Source: Octopus sinensis (Eukaryota). Taken from it: a stretch of DNA of 64,000 bases. The position numbers and the translations under genes were made by a program. The stretch spans positions 13,640,001 through 13,704,000 of the forward strand of contig NC_043017.1 in NCBI RefSeq assembly GCF_006345805.1, written 5' to 3'. Of the stretch, positions 63,540 to 64,000 are shown one piece after another (positions within the stretch are counted from its first letter, which is position 1; the number at the start of each line of letters is the position of its first letter). Below the pieces are notes generated by a model. The model had not been told where the DNA came from. It did not search any database and was given only the letters and a program-made list of their open reading frames with translations.

Positions 63540-63925
63540 TTACTCTCTTTTACTTGTTTCAGTCATTTGACTGCGGCCATGCTGGAGCACCACCTTTTAG
63601 TCGAGCAAATCGACCCCGGGACTTATTCATTGTAAGCCCAGTACTTATTCTATCAGTCTCTTTTGCCGAACCGCTAAGTTACGGGGACGTAAACACACCA
63701 GCATCGGTTGTCAAGCAATGCTAGGGGGACAAACACACACACAAACACACATATACATATATATATATACGACGGGCTTCTTTCAGTTTCCGTCTACCAA
63801 ATCCACTCACAAGGCATTGGTCGGCCCGGGGCTATAGCAGAAGACACCTGCCCAAGATGCCACGCAGTGGGACTGAACCCGGAACCATGTGGTTGGTTAG
63901 CAAGCTACTTACCACACAGCCACTT
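63540..63925 (-). mobile_element. Full-length family A SINE
   Basis: Near-identical to 8888-9322. Confidence 0.92.
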
Positions 63926-64000
63926 CTGGGTTTTTTTTTTCTGTAGTGTGGCTCACCTTATGATGAATTATGTTTCGCGCGGCCCGCTTCTCGAAAAAGG

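Overview
This 64 kb window is AT-rich, repeat-dominated eukaryotic DNA. The tRNA-headed SINE set, (TA)n/(CA)n arrays and RTE/CR1 remnants suggest an octopus/coleoid genome, which is an inference. I could not identify any host protein-coding gene with confidence. The long ORFs in the track are microsatellite artefacts or retroelement remnants, and only a few isolated candidate exons have plausible splice sites. Supportable content includes: a decayed RTE LINE, CR1-type 3' ends, CRE/R4-type endonuclease fragments, mariner fragments, at least four SINE families (labelled A-D here), piggyBac-, hAT- and Merlin-like MITEs with clear TSDs, and Helitron-like elements. The most notable structure is a 470-bp near-perfect foldback (56071-56540). 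Each arm encodes a complete minimal type I hammerhead ribozyme with a palindromic stem III, as described for Penelope-like elements, one on each strand. It lies in a cluster of inverted Penelope-like fragments that also holds an exact 153-bp inverted copy of DNA found 2 kb away. Other points of interest: a Helitron-like element carrying what looks like a captured first coding exon, a local cluster of Merlin-like MITEs, a 5x137-bp LINE-derived tandem array, and alternating CpG-poor and CpG-retaining domains.
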